Positions 48,846-59,399 of a DNA stretch of 64,000 bases are shown here, one piece after another. The notes beneath the pieces are model-generated. The model was not told the origin of the DNA and ran no database searches. It worked only from the letters and a program-made list of their open reading frames with translations. Where the stretch lies: the NCBI GenBank assembly GCA_016927995.1, contig JAFGLO010000003.1, positions 8,791-72,790 of the forward strand, given 5' to 3'. The translations under genes were made by a program, and so were the position numbers. Source of the stretch: Candidatus Dojkabacteria bacterium (GTDB taxonomy: Bacteria > Patescibacteriota > Dojkabacteria > JAFGLO01). Positions within the stretch are counted from its first letter, which is position 1. Each line of letters opens with the position of its first letter.

Positions 48846-50066
48846 CTAACTTGCAATAATCTTTGAAAGCGAGAACATTGGTCCATATATTGCAATTGCA
48901 ATAAAGGCCACAGCACCACCCATTATAATAAGCATTACGGGTTCAATAATTGACGAAAGGTTTTCGGTGAGTTGCTTAACTTCTCGTGAATAATACTCGT
49001 TCAATTTATCAAAAACAACATCGAGCTTACCGGTTTCTTCACCAACCGCAATCATTCTGCTTACAAGTGGCGGGAAATTTTCGTCACGTGAGAGTGGAAG
49101 AGCCATCGGAACACCTTTTTTAATTTCGTTTATTACCCCTTTGACGCCCTCCCTAAACCAAAAGTTTGAAAGTGAAGCCGCCGTAAGGTTAAGCACATCA
49201 ACGATATCCATACCACTACGTATCAAAAGTCCCATTGTTCTTGTAAATGTTGCAACTTGTACCTTTTGAACAAGCTTCCCAAAGATCGGGATCTTAAGAA
49301 CAAGTTTGTCAACAACCTTTAAACCGCCTTCGGTTTTGTAATAATATCGAAAACTAAAGAAACCAATTACAACTAATGCGATAAGTATGGGCCACCATTT
49401 TAGCGTAAAATCACTTATTGCAACCACAATTTCCGTTGCAAACGGCAATTTTTCTTCTCCAAACTCCGAAAACATCTGTTTCATTGAAGGTACCATAAAA
49501 ACCATAAGCAGAATAACGACAACAACAATAACAATGCTAAGGATAATCGGATAGATCATTGCCGATTTTACCTTTGATGAGAACTCTTGTTGAGATTCGA
49601 GCTCTGTTGCAAGATCCAAGAGAATTTTCTCAAGTGTTCCACTTTTTTCACCGGCCTCAATTAAAGATACCGTGATGTCATCAAATACACCCTTCTGCGC
49701 AGCTAATGCCTGAGCAAAAGCCATCCCCCCGGTTACCTTCTTTGTTACATCTTCCACCGAAGCTTTAAAGCCCTTGTTATCAATCTGCTGAGATAATATA
49801 TCTAAGGAATTTGTAAGTGAGACACCCGCAGAAAGCATTGTTGCAAGCTGCCTCATAAAAATAACCTTTTCCTTAAGCGGGATTCCTCCTATATTGATTT
49901 CACTAAATCGCTCAAAATCAAATATTGCGATTTTCTCGTCAATACTTATTACTCTAAGATCAGATTCCGACAAAGCCCTGGAAACAACCTCAACAGATTC
50001 GGCTTCCATTTCGCCTTTATGGTATTTACTGGCGGAATCTACTGTGTTATATACAAATTTTGCCAT
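48846..50066 (-). CDS. pilC: Type IV pilus platform protein (GspF family)
   Basis: RQLATMLSAG, GEKSGTL, AMIYP, GEETGKL, IEP. Confidence 0.95.
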   Translation of the reverse strand: MAKFVYNTVDSASKYHKGEMEAESVEVVSRALSESDLRVISIDEKIAIFDFERFSEINIGGIPLKEKVIFMRQLATMLSAGVSLTNSLDILSQQIDNKGFKASVEDVTKKVTGGMAFAQALAAQKGVFDDITVSLIEAGEKSGTLEKILLDLATELESQQEFSSKVKSAMIYPIILSIVIVVVVILLMVFMVPSMKQMFSEFGEEKLPFATEIVVAISDFTLKWWPILIALVVIGFFSFRYYYKTEGGLKVVDKLVLKIPIFGKLVQKVQVATFTRTMGLLIRSGMDIVDVLNLTAASLSNFWFREGVKGVINEIKKGVPMALPLSRDENFPPLVSRMIAVGEETGKLDVVFDKLNEYYSREVKQLTENLSSIIEPVMLIIMGGAVAFIAIAIYGPMFSLSKIIAS

Positions 50067-50078
50067 AAGTTTATTTAA

Positions 50079-51770
50079 TTATTTTAGTAATCTAACAACT
50101 TCTTCCGGTGAGATTGCATAGGCCTGAGCATCTTCAACACTAAGCACACCCTCTCGTACAAGTTCAACCAAAGATTTTTCAATTGAGATCATGCCAATAT
50201 CACTACTCGTCCTAATTGTATTATCGAGCTGATATGTTTTTCCTTCACGAATTATATTTCGTACGGCCGGTGAACCAAGCATTACTTCGGAAACAGCACG
50301 CCTACCTCCACCAATAAGCTTCACCAATCGCTGTGATACGACAGCCTCAATTACAGTTGCTAACTGAGTTCTAATCTGAGATTGCTGATGCTCAGGAAAC
50401 ACATCGATGATTCTATCAATCGTTTGAGCGGCACTGTTTGTATGAAGTGTTGCAAACACAAGGTGACCGGTTTCTGCAACAGTTATTGCTGCGGCAATTG
50501 TTTCATAATCACGCATTTCACCAACCAACACAACATCAGGATCCTCACGCAATGCACTCCTTAATGCAATTTCCCACGAATGTGTATCGTTTTTCATTTC
50601 ACGTTGACAGACCAAGGCCTTTTCCCTTGGGTAAACGTATTCGATAGGATCTTCGATAGTAAGAATATGGACAGGTCGAGTTTTATTTACTTCATTAAGT
50701 ATTGAAGCAAGCGTTGTACTTTTACCATGCCCGGTTGGTCCGGTAACCAAAACAAGACCTTGCTTTAATGCGGCAAACTCCTTGTATATTGATGGTAGCT
50801 TTAGTTCCTCAATTGATCGAATTCTTCTGGGTATAAGTCTAAATGCAGCACACATCGAACCCTTCGCATGATATACATTAACACGAAATCTTGCCAAATC
50901 TTTATGCGCATGTGCAAGATCTGCTTCCTTACTTACCTCTACAACTTCTTTTATGTCGTCGGGTAGCATGCTATATATTAAGTCTTTGGATGTTTCAGGG
51001 GTCAATCTCTCCGGGCTAATTGAAGATAAGTCCCCATCGACTCTAATCATTACGGGATATCCGGCAGAAATGTGCAGATCCGATGCATCTTTCTGAATTA
51101 CAAGGTCAAGTAACTGATCAATTGTATATGGGTAAGGTCCACCAGTATCAGCCTCCAAAGGCTGGAGCGCCGAATCTTGGGGCAGTACGTTAGTAACATC
51201 AGTTGTTTTCAACGATTTTGATTCGGGATCAGTAACTTCGGACTGTGGTGCATCAAGTGTATTAGTTGCAGTTACTAATTTAGCATCCGGTAATGCATCC
51301 GGGGTTATTTCCGTTGGTCCAACCGCTTTATTGTTTCCTGTTAGTATTTCACGTGTACTTAATTTATTGGGATTTTCGACAAGCGGTGGCAAACCGTCCG
51401 TTCCCAATGAAGACGAACCCTGACTTTCACCCTGGCTTTCGGAAGAACCAGAATCTTCTGTTTTTTGTTCTGCCTTTACCAATGGTTCGGCCGACAATAT
51501 ACCTGCGTCCGGCTCGGTAACTAACGGCGCATTCTGATTAATAGGATCCACGGGCGAATCAACTGCCGAAGGTTTTATATCTGCAGCATTTGAATCGGGT
51601 TTCAAAACCGTTGGATCTGGTTTTACCGAAGTATCAGGAGGAGTTTCCGGCAAGGAAACATCCTGCTTAACCTGATCATCCACAGCCGAAGAAACCGGCA
51701 TATTTTGAGGAACGGTTGTATTTGCATTACTCCCAATCCCGGACTGCCCTAACAAAGATGCCATATCCAT
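50079..51770 (-). CDS. pilT: Retraction ATPase PilT with ~210-aa disordered N-terminal extension
   Basis: ASDLH, GPTGHGKST, EDPIE, GEMRD, TLHT, AVRNIIRE. Confidence 0.93.
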   Translation of the reverse strand: MDMASLLGQSGIGSNANTTVPQNMPVSSAVDDQVKQDVSLPETPPDTSVKPDPTVLKPDSNAADIKPSAVDSPVDPINQNAPLVTEPDAGILSAEPLVKAEQKTEDSGSSESQGESQGSSSLGTDGLPPLVENPNKLSTREILTGNNKAVGPTEITPDALPDAKLVTATNTLDAPQSEVTDPESKSLKTTDVTNVLPQDSALQPLEADTGGPYPYTIDQLLDLVIQKDASDLHISAGYPVMIRVDGDLSSISPERLTPETSKDLIYSMLPDDIKEVVEVSKEADLAHAHKDLARFRVNVYHAKGSMCAAFRLIPRRIRSIEELKLPSIYKEFAALKQGLVLVTGPTGHGKSTTLASILNEVNKTRPVHILTIEDPIEYVYPREKALVCQREMKNDTHSWEIALRSALREDPDVVLVGEMRDYETIAAAITVAETGHLVFATLHTNSAAQTIDRIIDVFPEHQQSQIRTQLATVIEAVVSQRLVKLIGGGRRAVSEVMLGSPAVRNIIREGKTYQLDNTIRTSSDIGMISIEKSLVELVREGVLSVEDAQAYAISPEEVVRLLK

Positions 51771-51786
51771 ATATAATTTTATCAGT

Positions 51787-53580
51787 TTATGTATTTATAA
51801 CACGCATTACTTCCTCAAGGGTTGTTATCCCGTCGAGCACTTTTAGATAACCATCTTGAACCATGGTTATCATTCCGGAAGCAACGGCTTCTCGTGCTAT
51901 GTCACTTTCCGGTTTATTTTTCATTACCATTCTACCAATAGTTTCAGACATTTGGAGTGCCTCAAATATTCCGGTTCTGCCTGAATATCCCTGACCGCTA
52001 CACTTGTCACACCCCAAACCTTTGTAAAGATATAATTTTTTAATTCCGCTTTCATCAACTTCCGGACATTTGTAATACGATGGCATTGCTCCCGACTTAC
52101 ACTTTGCTTCCGAATATGCAATTGCATCAAATCCGTCGATATTTGAGAGTGTCTCATTTATTTCAGTTACAATCTCCGGACTAACCTCATACGCTTGAAT
52201 ACAGTGTGGACAAATTGTTCTTACTAACCTTTGCCCTACAATGGCTCTTACCGTTGATGCCAAAAGATAACTTTCAACACCCATGTCTACAAGTCTTGGA
52301 AGTGCAGCTGCCGAGCTGTTAGTATGAAGAGTTGCAAGTACAAGATGACCTGTTAAGGCAGCTTGCACAGCAAGTTTTGCTGTTTCCGCATCACGAATTT
52401 CACCAACCATTACAATGTCGGGATCTTGTCTTAGTATAGATCTTAAACCATTCTCGAAGGTTAAACCGACTTGCGGGTTAACCTGCACTTGGTTTACCCC
52501 CCGAACTCGGATTTCTACAGGGTCTTCGAGTGTAATAATATTTACTTTTTCGTCATTTACAACTGAAAGCGTACTTGCGAGCGTTCTGGTTTTACCGGAA
52601 CCCGTGGGTCCCGTAATAAGGATTATACCTACCGTTGATTTTATTGATTGCATATAAGTGTTAAATGCCGGTCCACGCAGTCCGCTTTCTTCCAATGGGG
52701 GAACCTTTCCACTTCTATCCAAAAGCCTAAGCACAACCTTTTCGCCATAAATTGCAGGAAGCGTCGAAACACGAATATCAATCTGACGATCACGATACTT
52801 TACGGGAATTCTACCGTCTTGAGGCATCCGCTTAACATCAATCTTTAGTTTTGCCATAATTTTTATTCGGGCAACAACCGATGGATGAACCGCCCTAGGT
52901 AGAGTTATTTTGTCAATCATTATGCCGTGAATTCTATATCGAACACGAGTTTTTTCTTCCAATGGTTCAATGTGAATATCGGAGGCACCAGTCTTGGCTC
53001 CATATTCGATAATTGTGTTTACTATTTTTGCAACAGGTGCTGTTGCAAGATTTTCGTTACTGGTATCGACATCCGCCCCACTATCATCTATTTCCATTCC
53101 CTCATAGTCGACACTTTCCAAAGATTCTTCAATCTCCTCACCAATCAGCGATGCACTTTTGGAATCAATTATGCTTATAATTTGCTCACGCAGTGAGATA
53201 TATACTTCAAATCGTTTGAACTGCGAGAGTCTGCTTTTTACATATTCCAGGGCCTGAACATCAAATGGATCAGCCATTGCAATTTTTACCAAAAGTCCGT
53301 CTTCTTGAAAAACAAGCATTTTATATTTACGCATTGTTTCAAGTGGCAGGAGTCCGATAACTTTGTCATCTATTGTAATTTCGGATAAGTCAATAAATGG
53401 CACACTGAAGATTTCGGCTTTAAGCTTTACCAAATCAACAGAAGTAATTGTACCCCGCTCCAAGAGTAAAGTCTCAACATTCTTTCCTGTCCGTGACGAC
53501 TCAATAAAAAGCTGTACTGAATCATCTTTGGTAAGCTTCCCTGTATCTATTAATTTTTGAACAACGCTGTTACTGGGCAT
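51787..53580 (-). CDS. pilB: Pilus assembly ATPase (GspE/PilB)
   Basis: ASDIHIEP, PQDG, GPTGSGKT, LRQDPD, CPHC...CDKC. Confidence 0.95.
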   Translation of the reverse strand: MPSNSVVQKLIDTGKLTKDDSVQLFIESSRTGKNVETLLLERGTITSVDLVKLKAEIFSVPFIDLSEITIDDKVIGLLPLETMRKYKMLVFQEDGLLVKIAMADPFDVQALEYVKSRLSQFKRFEVYISLREQIISIIDSKSASLIGEEIEESLESVDYEGMEIDDSGADVDTSNENLATAPVAKIVNTIIEYGAKTGASDIHIEPLEEKTRVRYRIHGIMIDKITLPRAVHPSVVARIKIMAKLKIDVKRMPQDGRIPVKYRDRQIDIRVSTLPAIYGEKVVLRLLDRSGKVPPLEESGLRGPAFNTYMQSIKSTVGIILITGPTGSGKTRTLASTLSVVNDEKVNIITLEDPVEIRVRGVNQVQVNPQVGLTFENGLRSILRQDPDIVMVGEIRDAETAKLAVQAALTGHLVLATLHTNSSAAALPRLVDMGVESYLLASTVRAIVGQRLVRTICPHCIQAYEVSPEIVTEINETLSNIDGFDAIAYSEAKCKSGAMPSYYKCPEVDESGIKKLYLYKGLGCDKCSGQGYSGRTGIFEALQMSETIGRMVMKNKPESDIAREAVASGMITMVQDGYLKVLDGITTLEEVMRVINT

Positions 53581-53650
53581 TTTTTGGCAGTAGAAAGTAA
53601 TCCTTTTTAATTATTACACAATCCGTTGGATGTCGCAATTTTAATAGATA

Positions 53651-55048
53651 TTATATGACCTTAGGCTTTATTTTAGAAAAGTATTTATAAAACCTTGTCT
53701 TCTTTAGAACTCTTAGTACTCTGGACTTTTCAAATGGAGATGACAACCACAGTCTTGGTGCAGTATTTAGAAACTGATCTTTTATAAATAATTTAAGCTC
53801 TGACACTTCTAGTTTTTTTAATACAGCTTCCTTCTTATCTCTAGAGAATTTATAATCACTTCCGTTCAAAATATTAATACCTATATTTTCGGCATATTCA
53901 CTTTCATATTTCCAGTTGTCTTTAAACAAGAACCAGCTAAGTTGATCAATAAACCAACGTTTTCCGTAAGAAGAATCAAGAAACTCATTAATCTTGCATG
54001 TTAAAACGTTAAATACATCATCCATCACGTCACCCAATTTCTCAAGTCTACACGAAAATTTATAACCCTTCGAGTTAATATTCCAAATAAGATAATGGTT
54101 TATATAGCTACCCCAGTAAATATAACCCTTTCCTTCACGAATAAAAATCCTTTCAACTTCCTGGAAAAGTGAGTAAAACAGACTCCACAGTACACTTTTT
54201 TTATAATCAATTTTTACGGGACGCTTATTTAAATACGATACGGCTACGTAAACATCATTTCTGTATAAATCATCTTTAAAATGATAAACACTAAATTCAT
54301 TTTTCACCGGTCTGTTTTCCGACTTAAAGCTAATCTTATTATTTGTAAACAATTCAGCAATTTTGTATATCTCATCCCAAAGTCCTTTCGAGAGTCGCCT
54401 ACCATACTGCACGGTAACAACAACATTCTTGGGATTATAAATCATGTCTTTAAATCTAATAAGATGAGCCGCTGTTATTTTCGGGATATCTTTTGAAGTT
54501 CCTCCAATCGGAATTGTTACCTCCGGATATTCGTTTCCAATTAAAAACTTATTGAGTTTTATTCCTACGTCTTTCTTTTCTTTACTCGTTGCAATCTCGG
54601 ATAAAACAACTTCCTTCTCCTTAGTCACATATTTTTCTATATTCTCATGAGGATAATCCAACCTGTAACGAAGATTTCGCAAAAGTTTTAACGATCCTTT
54701 TTGGTGAGTGCTACCATATAAATAAAGATTAATAAACGAAGTACGTGCATTTATAACAAGACTTGGAGCTTTAAGTGTTCCGAGTGTTGACCGATCTAAA
54801 GCCTCAAGTGTCTTATGCCGTTTGTTAGGTTTTCCGGCAATTATATGTTCAAGCAGGTGTGCAGTACCATTCGGAACTTTGGCCTGCTTTTCAAAAAACG
54901 ACCCACCCCTAAATATTATCGATACGTCAATAGTCTTTATTTCTGGTTTAACACTCTCAACAACAGTCAACCCATTAGTGAGCTTAAAAACATTCGAAGT
55001 TGATTCATATCGTTCATCTGTCCAGGTATCAATAAGTCGTCTGTCCAT
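53651..55048 (-). CDS. M16 (insulinase) family zinc peptidase
   Basis: GTAHLLEH, NART, EKEVVLSE. Confidence 0.8.
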   Translation of the reverse strand: MDRRLIDTWTDERYESTSNVFKLTNGLTVVESVKPEIKTIDVSIIFRGGSFFEKQAKVPNGTAHLLEHIIAGKPNKRHKTLEALDRSTLGTLKAPSLVINARTSFINLYLYGSTHQKGSLKLLRNLRYRLDYPHENIEKYVTKEKEVVLSEIATSKEKKDVGIKLNKFLIGNEYPEVTIPIGGTSKDIPKITAAHLIRFKDMIYNPKNVVVTVQYGRRLSKGLWDEIYKIAELFTNNKISFKSENRPVKNEFSVYHFKDDLYRNDVYVAVSYLNKRPVKIDYKKSVLWSLFYSLFQEVERIFIREGKGYIYWGSYINHYLIWNINSKGYKFSCRLEKLGDVMDDVFNVLTCKINEFLDSSYGKRWFIDQLSWFLFKDNWKYESEYAENIGINILNGSDYKFSRDKKEAVLKKLEVSELKLFIKDQFLNTAPRLWLSSPFEKSRVLRVLKKTRFYKYFSKIKPKVI

Positions 55049-55054
55049 AATTAT

Positions 55055-57985
55055 TTATCCAAAATTAGGATAACAACACTTTTTGTATTTTTTCCCACTG
55101 CCGCATGGACAAGGATCATTCCTTCCCGGTCTATTGGGATCAGACTTTGTTTCTTTTTGAGGTGTTTTTTCGGACTTTTTATCCTTCTCCTTTTTGTCTT
55201 TCATGGTTTTAAGTGTATTTGCAATTGCATTACGAACCAAACTGTTACTAGGTAAAGGCTTAGAAACTCGTTGAACTCTAAATATGCGTGAAGCAATTCC
55301 ATCGGCAAGCTCAAGAAGTAATTCATTAAAAAGATTATAACCCTCATTTTTATATTCTATAAGCGGATTTCTCTGTGCATATCCCCTAAGTGAAATCCCC
55401 TCGCGCAAAACCCGCATTGCATCAAGGTGATCTATCCAGAGTTTATCAATTGTAGACAAAATTATTACCCGCTCAATGTCATTTGCCACCTTATAAAACT
55501 CCTGGTAGTAATTTGTAAATACTCTTAAGACAAGTTTGTAGGCAAGATTTAGCTTTTCCTGCATTTCTTTCTTTTCTATCATTGAGGACTCAAAATCCCC
55601 TCTATTTTTAAACCCAATTTCCGAAATTGCTATATCCAAAAGATTCTCGGGAATAAGTAAGAACATATTTTGTGTAAGTTTTGTACTCTCGTCTTTGTCG
55701 ATAGTGGCATCTGCAGTAAAACTCGAAGTAAAAGCAGATTTAATCTTTTGAGTAACCTTTTGTAAAATCCACTTTCTTACAGGCAGGAAAACAAGATTAT
55801 CAGCGCCAAACAAATCATCCCATCCGGACTGATTCTCCCCCAGTATCGAAAATTCGTTAACAAAAATCTCAAATTGATCAAAATCAAACCGATCTAAGTC
55901 AAGATCTTTGTATCTTTGCCGAATTTGTTTGTCGTTTAACTTACTATGAATTTCTTTGTCTTTGTCCAACAAAGAAATTAGGGCGTCTCTGAGTGAATAA
56001 ATTATTCCACGATGATTATTCAGAACATCATCATACTCAACAAGATGCTTACGAATTTCAAAGTTGTGACCCTCTACCTTTTTCTGGGCTGATTGAATTG
56101 CCTTAGTTATAAAGCCCGACTCTATGGGAAGATTCTCATCTACACCCATTCGATCAAGCATCCCTTTCATCATGTCACCACCAAATCGACGCATTAACTC
56201 GTCCTCAAGCGAGACAAAAAATCTGGACGAGCCCGGATCACCAAGTCGACCCGATCGACCCCTTAACTGGTTGTCAATTCGGCGAGCTTCGTGACGTTGA
56301 GTACCAACAATATGTAATCCGCCAAGCTCCTTTACCCCTTCGCCAAGCTTAATATCGGTACCACGACCGGCCATGTTTGTTGCTACGGTAACCGCACCTT
56401 TCTCACCGGCCTTTGCAACAATCAATGCTTCCTTCTCGTGGTTTTTTGCGTTAAGTACGTTATGTGGAACACCTTTTTTCATAAGAAGTGAAGATACAAC
56501 TTCGGATACTTCAACTGAACCGGTACCCACAAGCACAGGTCTACCCTGACTATAATATTCTTCTACTTCAGTAACAACTGCATTAAGCTTTGCATTTAGT
56601 GTCTTATATACAACGTCCGGATAATCCTTACGAATAACCCCTTTGTAGGTTGGTACAACTACAACATCGAGTTTGTAAATGTCTGCAAATTCCTCGGCTT
56701 CCGTTGCGGCAGTTCCAGTCATACCGGAAAGAAAATCGTACATCCTAAAAAAGTTCTGATAGCTGATCGTTGCCATTGTTTTGCTTTCCTTTTTAATTTC
56801 CACCCCTTCTTTGGCCTCAATTGCCTGATGAAGTCCTTCGCTATAACGCCTACCGGAGAGTACACGCCCGGTAAATTCATCAACAATTTGAACTTGGCCA
56901 GATGCCACAATATAGTCATCGTCTCGGGTAAATAGCACTTCAGCCTTAAGTGCGTTTTCAAGATGATGTGCAAGTTCAAAATTCTCCCAAAGATTTTTTA
57001 CGGCCAAAAGTTTTTCTACTTTGGCAATGCCTTCTTCGGTTAAGTAAACATCTCTATCCTTTTCATCTACTGTATAGTCCGTATCACGCTTAAGCCCCTT
57101 TACCAACTTTGCAAAAGTCACATACAATTCGTTTGACTTTGCCGCCGGAGCGGAAATAATAAGTGGCGTTCGTGCTTCATCAATTAGGATTGAGTCACAT
57201 TCGTCAACGATCGAATAAAAATGACCCCGCTGAACTTTTTGGGAAAGTGAACGTGCCATGTTATCACGCAAATAGTCAAACCCAAATTCACTGCTTGTTC
57301 CATATGTAATGTCACACTCATAGGCTTCACGCTTTGTAACCTCAATAAGGTTTGCGCCTCGTAGAGAAGCCATAATTGAAAGATCTTTTTCTTTAAGAAG
57401 TGCCTTAACTTCATCACCATTTTTTGAAATTGCCTCTGCATCGGGCACAAATTTATAGGCAGCCTGAGGAGTTATTACGGCAACGCTCATACCAAGTGCA
57501 TATAAAATATGGCCAACCCATTCTGCATCACGCTTAGCAAGATAGTCGTTTACAGTAACAATATGGACACCATATCCCAAAAGTCCATACAAATATGCTG
57601 CTAGTGGAGCAACATTTGTTTTTCCTTCACCAGTAAAAAGCTCAATTACTTTATTTTGGGCTAGGAACACTCCACCCATCAACTGAACATCAAACTGTCT
57701 GTGTTTGGCAACTCTATCGGAAACTTCCCTTACCCTTGCAAAAACCTCCGGAATCAAGGTCAATAGGTGTTTTTTTAAATCCGCATTTTCTTCCGCAGTA
57801 AGAGGTTTACCTTGGGAAAACCCATATTTTTTTCGGAAATACGTAGTACTCTCTGCAAGCTCTGCGTCCGAAAGTTTTTTCATCTCGGGAGCAAGTTCAT
57901 TAATACTATTCACAATTGCTTGTACATTTTCCAATTCTTTTGAGTTATGATCAAAAAGTTTTTTAATAAACGAAAACATCTGCAT
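55055..57985 (-). CDS. secA: Preprotein translocase ATPase SecA
   Basis: TGEGKT, DECDSILIDEARTPLIIS, ATNMAGRGTDI, QLRGRSGR, SEC-C CPCGSGKKYKKCC; start at 57985 or 57979. Confidence 0.97.
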   Translation of the reverse strand: MQMFSFIKKLFDHNSKELENVQAIVNSINELAPEMKKLSDAELAESTTYFRKKYGFSQGKPLTAEENADLKKHLLTLIPEVFARVREVSDRVAKHRQFDVQLMGGVFLAQNKVIELFTGEGKTNVAPLAAYLYGLLGYGVHIVTVNDYLAKRDAEWVGHILYALGMSVAVITPQAAYKFVPDAEAISKNGDEVKALLKEKDLSIMASLRGANLIEVTKREAYECDITYGTSSEFGFDYLRDNMARSLSQKVQRGHFYSIVDECDSILIDEARTPLIISAPAAKSNELYVTFAKLVKGLKRDTDYTVDEKDRDVYLTEEGIAKVEKLLAVKNLWENFELAHHLENALKAEVLFTRDDDYIVASGQVQIVDEFTGRVLSGRRYSEGLHQAIEAKEGVEIKKESKTMATISYQNFFRMYDFLSGMTGTAATEAEEFADIYKLDVVVVPTYKGVIRKDYPDVVYKTLNAKLNAVVTEVEEYYSQGRPVLVGTGSVEVSEVVSSLLMKKGVPHNVLNAKNHEKEALIVAKAGEKGAVTVATNMAGRGTDIKLGEGVKELGGLHIVGTQRHEARRIDNQLRGRSGRLGDPGSSRFFVSLEDELMRRFGGDMMKGMLDRMGVDENLPIESGFITKAIQSAQKKVEGHNFEIRKHLVEYDDVLNNHRGIIYSLRDALISLLDKDKEIHSKLNDKQIRQRYKDLDLDRFDFDQFEIFVNEFSILGENQSGWDDLFGADNLVFLPVRKWILQKVTQKIKSAFTSSFTADATIDKDESTKLTQNMFLLIPENLLDIAISEIGFKNRGDFESSMIEKKEMQEKLNLAYKLVLRVFTNYYQEFYKVANDIERVIILSTIDKLWIDHLDAMRVLREGISLRGYAQRNPLIEYKNEGYNLFNELLLELADGIASRIFRVQRVSKPLPSNSLVRNAIANTLKTMKDKKEKDKKSEKTPQKETKSDPNRPGRNDPCPCGSGKKYKKCCYPNFG

Positions 57986-58031
57986 AGATCTTAATAAAGT
58001 TATGACATTGTATTGTAACACAAGTGACAGA

Positions 58032-59375
58032 TTAAGGTTTGTCCTCTGAAAAATCCCGATATACCTTAAGATTAGGAGCAAACAAATGATTCTTGCCGGG
58101 TTTTAAGTCAACATATATATGATCGCTTCCATTATCTCCTAAAACTGATATTTTGGGGGAATTCGACTGTATATAATACTTCCCGCCGGGAACGGCAAAC
58201 TGATATCTTCCGTTTTCGTCGGTTGTAACAATTGAGAACAGATTATCAAACTCTCTTTCGTAAAGCCCAAGCTGTAAGTTTGGAACAGTTTTGCCATCTT
58301 GATCTTTTACCGTACCGTAACTTAGCTTACTTAAAATCCCTAACCACAGCTTATAACCCCAGATGCCTAATAGCAAAATGTCTATAACATAAGCCTCAAT
58401 CGAGGAAAATCTAAAAAATGTTGTCATTGCCAAAAACATCACAAGCATTAATCCGGTATTTAGTCCCAGAAACGTGCTAAAGGTACCAAGTGCAACCTTT
58501 CTTATTAAACCAGCCTCCTTTGAAGTACTGTCTAGTGGAATATTAAATTTTATGTAAATCTGACCCTCATCAATAGTAAACTCCTGACCGTAATAAAGAT
58601 TTTCATATTTTCCATCGACCCTCCTAGGTGAGAGAAAACTTGGAAATTTATACCCGGCACACTTTACATCAATCTTGTATTTACCCGGCATAGGGTTAAG
58701 TTTGTAAATTCCACGAACATCAGAAACCGCAGTCTGGAATAGCCTTCCATCTTTATACAGTCTTACAATGGCTCTGGACACAGGAACCTTTGTGTTTGAA
58801 TTATATACAACGGATACTACATTTTCCTTTACTAAAGCACCCTTTAAACCCAGTAAGAGAATTATCCCCACAAGAATATATGCAGGGAGAATAAAGAAAA
58901 GACCCATGAAATCGTATGCTGTCGTATTTGCCACCACGCTTGAATATGTTCTTCCGCTTTTGTCACATATTGTAAATATCCAGATTAAAGAGTTGGAGTC
59001 AGGTAAGTCGTTATATAATTTGAATTTATAAGTAAAATCAGAAAATTCCGAGTCTTTAAAATAATATTCCTCCACAACCTCATAATGACCTAAGTTAATG
59101 GTTATTAATGTCAGATGTACTGTTTCCGGAATAAGGTTTAAAGTATCTCCGGTTACATTAATTAAAGGATCTATCTTCATTGGTAGTTTCCAAGCAAAAT
59201 TGGGAAGATTCTCCCAATTTACCGATATTTCACTCTTGGGCAAGCTTTCTTTGTCAAACTCACATACATCCTTATTACAAACAAAGAAATTAAAATAAAT
59301 CCAGATACTAATAGCCACGACTAAAACGGGAACTCCCACAAGTATGACAATCTTAATAATCTTCTTTGATTTCAC
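58032..59375 (-). CDS. Membrane protein with two carboxypeptidase-regulatory-like domains (paralog of 36084..38402)
   Basis: VVYNSNTKVP...TAVSDVRG...GYKFPS, two TMs, GTVKD...TDENGRY. Confidence 0.7.
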   Translation of the reverse strand: MKSKKIIKIVILVGVPVLVVAISIWIYFNFFVCNKDVCEFDKESLPKSEISVNWENLPNFAWKLPMKIDPLINVTGDTLNLIPETVHLTLITINLGHYEVVEEYYFKDSEFSDFTYKFKLYNDLPDSNSLIWIFTICDKSGRTYSSVVANTTAYDFMGLFFILPAYILVGIILLLGLKGALVKENVVSVVYNSNTKVPVSRAIVRLYKDGRLFQTAVSDVRGIYKLNPMPGKYKIDVKCAGYKFPSFLSPRRVDGKYENLYYGQEFTIDEGQIYIKFNIPLDSTSKEAGLIRKVALGTFSTFLGLNTGLMLVMFLAMTTFFRFSSIEAYVIDILLLGIWGYKLWLGILSKLSYGTVKDQDGKTVPNLQLGLYEREFDNLFSIVTTDENGRYQFAVPGGKYYIQSNSPKISVLGDNGSDHIYVDLKPGKNHLFAPNLKVYRDFSEDKP

Positions 59376-59399
59376 CTAAGGCAGTTTTAAAGCTTTAAT

